41,279 nucleotides of DNA from IMG/VR virus record IMGVR_UViG_3300020281_000049, positions 1 through 41,279 of that record. The stretch is one strand, 5' to 3'. A program made the position numbers and the translations under genes. This DNA is from a virus. Taxonomy: Duplodnaviria > Caudoviricetes. Positions 35,954 through 41,279 of this stretch are shown here, one piece after another. The notes beneath the pieces were generated by a model, which worked only from the letters and a program-made list of their open reading frames with translations, was not told the DNA's origin and did no database searches. How positions within the stretch are numbered: the first letter of the stretch is position 1; each line of letters opens with the position of its first letter.

Positions 35954-36760
35954 TTATGTCTCCGGATATGCAAACCCAAACAATGCTTGCATCTTTTCAA
36001 TGGCAGCAGCGTGTCCATCTGTCTCACTGTCATTGTATTGCTTCATAAAGTTTGGATCTCGTTGTAATCTAGCAATCTCCTGCCTTGCTGCATCCGGTGT
36101 CAATGTAAATGAATTACCTCGACCTGATGTATCAGCAGAATCTTCCAGGATACCCATGCCTATCTTAGAAAACATCTTAATAAACATAGGGTGATCACCT
36201 AGACCTGTTTCATCTAGCCAACCAAGAAACTCATCGCCGCCAAACTCGGCTGCTGCACGTTGAGCTGCGTCTACGCGCTCGTCGTATGCTGCGCCAAATT
36301 CTTGTTTAATCTCTCGATCCCACTCAGCTATTTGAGACTCACGACCTACAGTCATATCTTGATGACCTTTGCCGATATAGTTCATATAGCCAGTAAACAA
36401 GTTCTGAGCTTGTTTTTGAGACAGACCAGACTCATGCATAAGTTTAAGCATTTCTGTTTCCATCTCTTGATTATACTCTAGGCCTTCAGGTAAATCTGGC
36501 CTAGAGATCTCATACTTCTCTGGCCTACCTAACCTATTGTAAAAATCATTCATCTCCTCTGGTGATGCATCATCTTTAGGAATAACTACCTTATCTGCAC
36601 CAACCATTCTTTGACCATGAATAAAACTCTTGGCCAAACCATTAACGTCCTGTATTGAAGCGAGACTCGGATCGTTTCTTATATCGTCACTTAATGACGC
36701 TCTCCAATCACCACCCGAGCTCCCCGCATCAACTTGTACGGACTCGACGTTCTCACTCAT
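35954..36760 (-). CDS. Capsid scaffolding protein
   Basis: Acidic and helical, LGRPEKY and GLG.HP motifs, between portal and capsid. Confidence 0.82.
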   Translation of the reverse strand: MSENVESVQVDAGSSGGDWRASLSDDIRNDPSLASIQDVNGLAKSFIHGQRMVGADKVVIPKDDASPEEMNDFYNRLGRPEKYEISRPDLPEGLEYNQEMETEMLKLMHESGLSQKQAQNLFTGYMNYIGKGHQDMTVGRESQIAEWDREIKQEFGAAYDERVDAAQRAAAEFGGDEFLGWLDETGLGDHPMFIKMFSKIGMGILEDSADTSGRGNSFTLTPDAARQEIARLQRDPNFMKQYNDSETDGHAAAIEKMQALFGFAYPET

Positions 36761-37016
36761 CTTCTACCTCCTTTGGTAAGTTTAACAATTCTTGCGGATC
36801 TTTGTCAATGAAACGCAAGAGACTTAAAACCACTCGACGCATACCTTCACGATGTGCTGTCTCGTGGGTATCACCTGGTACATAGGTTGCTTCATTTACA
36901 TGAGCAATCTTGCACAGATAATTCAGTACCCTAGTTCCCGAAGGAGTAAGGAACACAGACCTCATGTCTGTGTGTAATTCGCTTAGAGCGTTAGTTTCCT
37001 GGGGCTTGTCCACCAT
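36753..37016 (-). CDS. Bbp19-like head morphogenesis protein
   Basis: F.TP.G.RVL..L...A.REG.R.VV motif, directly after the portal. Confidence 0.75.
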   Translation of the reverse strand: MVDKPQETNALSELHTDMRSVFLTPSGTRVLNYLCKIAHVNEATYVPGDTHETAHREGMRRVVLSLLRFIDKDPQELLNLPKEVEDE

Positions 37017-38637
37017 TTACCATCGGCTCCATTCCTGCATTCTTAGCAGCAACTGACATATCTTTAGCTGTTGTAGCTTGCTGCTGCATCATTGCTGCTT
37101 GCTGCATTTCTTGTTCTTGTTCTGCTCTAGCTTGACGCTGTTCCTCTACTGTTTTAGGATCTGTCAGCGTTTCTGCTGGAGCATCTAATGTATGATGCGC
37201 CCACCTGAACGTACCATCTGCATTTATGTTATCAAATATCTCTGGCTTGACATTTGCCAGAGGTATCATCTGTTCTAAAAATCTTGTAAAGTTAAATACT
37301 GACTGTGCTTTCTGAGCACGTGCTACTGGTGATATATAATCAACGTGCAGCTTCACGCCTTCTAATTCACCTGGAGGTCTAGCTAGTTCGTTACGTCTTA
37401 GCATAAGAGCAAAGACACGATCGATCATAGGGCCAAGAAACTCAGATTGTAGTCGGCCAACCATTGGACCCATAAGCCTCATCTTCTCTTCTTGACGTTG
37501 TAAGACCTCAGTCGCAGTCATTTGTGGACCATCACGCAGTTGTAACCAATCAACATGAAACGATTTGCTGATATGCTCACGTCTAGACTCAATAAAGTCT
37601 AGTCCTACGTCAGGTCTTTCGCCACCTACTAATGGTTCTACCTTATCAGGTGTACCCGATCTATAATAGTTTAAGCCACCTGGTATAGTACGTAATGGCA
37701 TCATAAAGCCATCATCTGGTACCATAAGTGGTGGATCTGTTGCTTTTTGTGCTGCCCTGATAGTAGTCTTCATCATTTCATTGACCATACGAATATCAGG
37801 TAAACAAACCATAGCAGGGGATCGGCCATATACTTCACCTGATGTTTTAGACCATCGAGGTACCATATATGGAAACTCCATAAAGCCGCCTTCTTTAAGC
37901 AGCAGCTTTTCTTCTACTAAAACGTAACAGGACTTAAAAGGCATACTAAGTGGATCTTTTTTGTCTTCCCCTGTATAGACTAAGTCAGCTCTAGGTTCAA
38001 CTGCATGTACACAGGTAAACTCTTGGAATGGCTGCTTAGTAGCTATCTCTTTAAACTTTTCGGGTAAAACATCAGAATACAACTGCATCAATTGTCTTGC
38101 AGTATGTTTATACTTCCTATAACAAGTATCAATCATTCCCTCATGGTTTTCTGCTACATAACAGTCTGCCAAGTGGAAAGATCTAAATTGTATAGGTTTG
38201 CCTGGCCTGTCCTCAACGTAGAATACTGCAGTACCGTATGCACCTATATCTAGATACATTTCATGTACTGCTGTTATGAAGTTAGTTTCAGGTAGATTAA
38301 AGCACGAGTCAAACATAGCTTCGACTGTGCCTTGCAGCCATTGTCTCATACTAAGAGATGGTTCATCGTTACCAGGTACTCTTAGACTAAACCAACGTTC
38401 TGCAGTATTGGTCAGGTGACCATGTAATCCAGATGCCAATTGTTCATTGGCAAGTGGTGCTGTAGAGTCAAAAACTTTATCAAACCTAGATCGACTACCC
38501 CGGAATTGCTTCGTAGTAAAATCCCCACGGCGAGGATTGACATAATCAGTACAATCCTGCCAGAGACTTTCCCACGGGGCACGCCAAGACTCAAGCTGCT
38601 CTAAGCGCTTGATAATTTGGTTTACAGCATCTTTCAT
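36991..38637 (-). CDS. Portal (head-tail connector) protein
   Basis: FDSTA..A...LASGL, PRW.K.SGEVYGRSP, MTATEV, SP.A.AQK. Confidence 0.93.
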   Translation of the reverse strand: MKDAVNQIIKRLEQLESWRAPWESLWQDCTDYVNPRRGDFTTKQFRGSRSRFDKVFDSTAPLANEQLASGLHGHLTNTAERWFSLRVPGNDEPSLSMRQWLQGTVEAMFDSCFNLPETNFITAVHEMYLDIGAYGTAVFYVEDRPGKPIQFRSFHLADCYVAENHEGMIDTCYRKYKHTARQLMQLYSDVLPEKFKEIATKQPFQEFTCVHAVEPRADLVYTGEDKKDPLSMPFKSCYVLVEEKLLLKEGGFMEFPYMVPRWSKTSGEVYGRSPAMVCLPDIRMVNEMMKTTIRAAQKATDPPLMVPDDGFMMPLRTIPGGLNYYRSGTPDKVEPLVGGERPDVGLDFIESRREHISKSFHVDWLQLRDGPQMTATEVLQRQEEKMRLMGPMVGRLQSEFLGPMIDRVFALMLRRNELARPPGELEGVKLHVDYISPVARAQKAQSVFNFTRFLEQMIPLANVKPEIFDNINADGTFRWAHHTLDAPAETLTDPKTVEEQRQARAEQEQEMQQAAMMQQQATTAKDMSVAAKNAGMEPMVNGGQAPGN

Positions 38638-38639
38638 AC

Positions 38640-38858
38640 TTAGTAGTTACCAAGTTTCTCTGAAGCTCCACCAAGAAGTTTCTTCTTCTTGATTTTCTCC
38701 ATTTCAACACCTTCACCTGAAGTTAATACCGTAGACTTTTGACCTTTACGCTTCTTTTCAGATTCAGTCAAATCATCCACACTTTGCTTCACGTCCTCCA
38801 CCTTAGGTACTGGTGGTGGCGCGGGTGGTGGTGCTGGTGCTCTTCCGCCTCCGCACAT
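38640..38858 (-). CDS. Small Pro-rich virion-associated protein
   Basis: MCGGG.PAPPPAPPP...ST.LT...KKLLG, upstream of the portal. Confidence 0.75.
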   Translation of the reverse strand: MCGGGRAPAPPPAPPPVPKVEDVKQSVDDLTESEKKRKGQKSTVLTSGEGVEMEKIKKKKLLGGASEKLGNY

Positions 38859-38860
38859 AT

Positions 38861-39328
38861 TTACCTCCTTTTTACAAACGTGTGCCCTACGGTATCATAC
38901 CCTAGAGCGTTGTACAGTTGCCTCGTCTCCTCAGTTTTTACGCCTGTCGACGAAGCGGGCCGTATTTCCTTCGCACCGTTTGCAAATGCCCAATCTTCAA
39001 ATTCTTTTATCAATCTAGCTGCAGCTATCCCGCCGCGTCTATCTTGACTTACGAATAATAAAAGATCATTCGCTACTAGGTCCTTACCGAAATAATAACT
39101 CGAAATGAGTCCGACGTACATCGCAAAAATTTTATTTTCTGCGGATGTAACTAATTTACAAAAATATACCTCTGGATTAGCTATCCACGTATGGCCCATC
39201 GCTGTAATAACTTCGGGATCAAAGTCAAGGTGGCTATAACTAGACTCAGCATGCGCTTCTTCTGCTAGCATTAGCACTTGATCCATATCGCTAAGTTTAA
39301 GATCCCTAATAATTACCGAAGATGGCAT
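38861..39328 (-). CDS. GNAT-family acetyltransferase
   Basis: IIRD...D, LLFVSQDRRGG (acetyl-CoA motif A), LYNALGY. Confidence 0.8.
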   Translation of the reverse strand: MPSSVIIRDLKLSDMDQVLMLAEEAHAESSYSHLDFDPEVITAMGHTWIANPEVYFCKLVTSAENKIFAMYVGLISSYYFGKDLVANDLLLFVSQDRRGGIAAARLIKEFEDWAFANGAKEIRPASSTGVKTEETRQLYNALGYDTVGHTFVKRR

Positions 39329-40610
39329 ACTCCCCCTCTGCTTGACGTGGTAGTTTCTTTAAATTTTTATTAACACGGTCCCTGATCCCTAGTGCAAGAT
39401 ACCTAAATGCATCAGCGGGATGTGATGTCCAGTCATGGAGTGGCCGATCTTTGAAAGTCTTCTGTTTTTCATCATAGTCTTTTCTGTACTGTCTTAAGGC
39501 TTCAATCAACCGGTCACACTTATTCTCGTCAAAATAACAACGGGGCAATATACTACGTGCTGCCTCTATACCGTCATCTATTCTTAGTTGAGGTACTATA
39601 CGGAATCGTATACCAAGCTCACGTGCTACCTCTATACGAGATTTACCTGTACTAAAGTCTCTTACCTGAATATCGTGGGGCGCGATGTGATCGCCGTAGA
39701 CGTACTCTTTTTCGCGTACGACCTTTACGTAATGAGCTAGCCCCTCTCCCTCATTCTCATAATAGTCAATAATCCTGATCTCATTGTGATGCATCTGGAA
39801 GAATATTATCACAGTCGAGTCCCCGACACCTAGGTCCCAAGCTGTATGCACGTCAAGTGTAGGCTCGTACGGAACCTTGGTCAGGTGGTTATCGGCTAAC
39901 AAGCGACTCATCGCGTTACCATAGTATGATCCAACTAATGGTGCATCAAAACTACAAAAGAATTCTTGCTGTATCATTTCCTCAGGCATACCTGCAGCAC
40001 GTTCTTCGTCAATTGCTTCTATAGGTATAGCCCTAGTATCTTCAACAGATAGTACCTGCTGAAACCAGCTTTCATTTTTCTTAGCTACATTTAATAAATC
40101 ATATCCGTGATTTCTACCTCGAGCGGTATAAATAAACATTGCCCATCCTCCGTTCTCTGCCAAGATGGGACGAATGTAATCCCAGGCACGAGGATCTTGC
40201 AAGGCGTATTCAGAAAATACCACTCCAACGGGATTTGCTCCAACGAGTCTATCGACGTTATCGGTACCCACCACTTGATAGATTGACCCATTTTTTAAAG
40301 TTAACCTCATTTCCGTATTATTTGTTGCTTCATGCATTTCTTTTGGGAAATGATCTAAAAACTTACGGCCATCTCTAGTCATACCATCCCAGGCAATCTT
40401 TCGGCCCTGGTTATAGGTTGGAAATAAATGCCAGTATAAACCGGGACGCGTCAACGCGGAGACTGCACACCAGTTAATGCTGCACAAGTCTTTACCTGCA
40501 CGACGGTGCCAAACACAAACAGCTCTTTTGCCTCCGCCCTCCATAAACTTCCACATAGGCATTTGATAAGGGCGTGGTCGCCAGTTACTCGGTACTGTTA
40601 TCTGACTCAT
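39306..40610 (-). CDS. terL: Terminase large subunit
   Basis: PRPYQ, WHRRAGKD Walker A, VVFSE Walker B, WDLG..D nuclease motif, SH.ADAFRY. Confidence 0.95.
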   Translation of the reverse strand: MSQITVPSNWRPRPYQMPMWKFMEGGGKRAVCVWHRRAGKDLCSINWCAVSALTRPGLYWHLFPTYNQGRKIAWDGMTRDGRKFLDHFPKEMHEATNNTEMRLTLKNGSIYQVVGTDNVDRLVGANPVGVVFSEYALQDPRAWDYIRPILAENGGWAMFIYTARGRNHGYDLLNVAKKNESWFQQVLSVEDTRAIPIEAIDEERAAGMPEEMIQQEFFCSFDAPLVGSYYGNAMSRLLADNHLTKVPYEPTLDVHTAWDLGVGDSTVIIFFQMHHNEIRIIDYYENEGEGLAHYVKVVREKEYVYGDHIAPHDIQVRDFSTGKSRIEVARELGIRFRIVPQLRIDDGIEAARSILPRCYFDENKCDRLIEALRQYRKDYDEKQKTFKDRPLHDWTSHPADAFRYLALGIRDRVNKNLKKLPRQAEGEYAIFGNY

Positions 40611-40887
40611 CTAGATCCGCAAACTTTACAACTTGAATATTAACACTACCATCGACTGTTGCGTCAATGTCAACGGCTTTACGCTTTGGAGCTACATACT
40701 GCGCCAACTCTTTCATTGCAGCTAGTCTAAGGCTGTGATCAAGAGATGTATCGTTCATGATCATAGCCATGCCTTCAATCGGGTCACAGTTTAGCTCTTC
40801 TAGCTTATCAGCTATAGCTTGAGATCGTTTGTTTGTGGCACCAGCGGGTCTTCCTGCACCCTCTCTTTTGCCGCCTTTACTTGACAT
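40585..40887 (-). CDS. Putative terminase small subunit
   Basis: GGKREGAGRP..A.NK, ELAQY..PKRKAV; overlaps the terL start. Confidence 0.75.
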   Translation of the reverse strand: MSSKGGKREGAGRPAGATNKRSQAIADKLEELNCDPIEGMAMIMNDTSLDHSLRLAAMKELAQYVAPKRKAVDIDATVDGSVNIQVVKFADLDESDNSTE

Positions 40888-40916
40888 GCATATATCTCCG
40901 TAAATTTTATATATAG

Positions 40917-40945
40917 ATATTACTGTAAAAGTAAGTTCCTGTAAA
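40917..40945 (-). promoter_or_regulatory. Putative late (structural arm) promoter
   Basis: Minus strand TTTACA (40945-40940), 17 bp spacer, TAATAT (40922-40917). Confidence 0.6.
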
Positions 40946-40956
40946 CCTGATATTGC

Positions 40957-40979
40957 TTATTGGCATATTGTATTTATTG
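40957..40979 (-). repeat. 23-bp element, second copy
   Basis: Exact reverse complement of 1502-1524; 11 bp upstream of the late promoter -35. Confidence 0.9.
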
Positions 40980-41162
40980 GTAACTTACAAAGTATTACAA
41001 TTTATTTCTAATTATTTCCTATATATGGCTAATATATAGTGTCGGATAAAGTCCGATTGTAAAAACTTGCCCCGCAGATCGACTAAATAGGCGCTAGATG
41101 ACCGCGAACCCGGCTCCGGCGCCCCCGGGCCCTGGTCCTGGGACCGCGTCTGTATTGGTTCT

Positions 41163-41279
41163 TGTTTGAAAATATGTAACAATATCAATAGTTTAGGGCT
41201 AAATGGCACCAGAACAGGCGCCAGTCCGCATAAACACAGCCATTCGGCCCGAGATCTCGTGCTGACAGGGAGAGGTTAT
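41163..41279. repeat. Direct terminal repeat, right copy
   Basis: 116/117 identical to 1-117. Confidence 0.95.

Noticed and set aside
35094-36194. Plus-strand ORFs 35094..35402 and 35721..36194
   Set aside because: They are antisense to a tightly packed minus-strand gene run that explains the region
41012-41209. 65-aa minus-strand ORF
   Set aside because: It spans the terminal repeat and GC island in a regulatory region, with no convincing RBS
1-41279. Integrase, repressor, phage RNA polymerase, ribonucleotide reductase, tRNA, CRISPR array, diversity-generating retroelement
   Set aside because: No matching motifs, cloverleafs, spaced repeats or reverse transcriptase were seen by eye; HMM and tRNAscan runs are needed to confirm absence

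Overview
The window is an apparently complete ~41.2 kb podovirus-type phage genome. Bases 1-117 recur at 41163-41279 with one mismatch. The + arm (302-15757) holds small early genes in promoter-gene-terminator cassettes, a DUF932-like gene, a tightly overlapped nucleotide-metabolism operon and a replication module. The operon encodes a SAM methyltransferase, a MazG-like NTP pyrophosphatase, a dNMP kinase fused to a UDG-like domain, a thymidylate-synthase-fold enzyme with the dCMP-type Asp, and a dCMP deaminase. The replication module encodes a family A polymerase, a VRR-NUC nuclease, an AEP primase, and UvrD and SNF2 helicases. The - arm (40887-15750) holds terminases, portal, scaffold, capsid, tail tube A/B, four internal virion proteins, tail fibre/RCC1 proteins and lysis genes. 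I saw no RNA polymerase, integrase, tRNA or CRISPR array. Two candidates stand out. (1) A miniature T4-like cytosine-replacement pathway in which a small-molecule methyltransferase sits where glycosyltransferases would be expected, predicting a possibly new modified DNA base. (2) An ejection protein carrying a HipA/PI3K-like kinase and an R-S-ExE ADP-ribosyltransferase in tandem. All protein assignments come from reading motifs by eye; no database searches were run.
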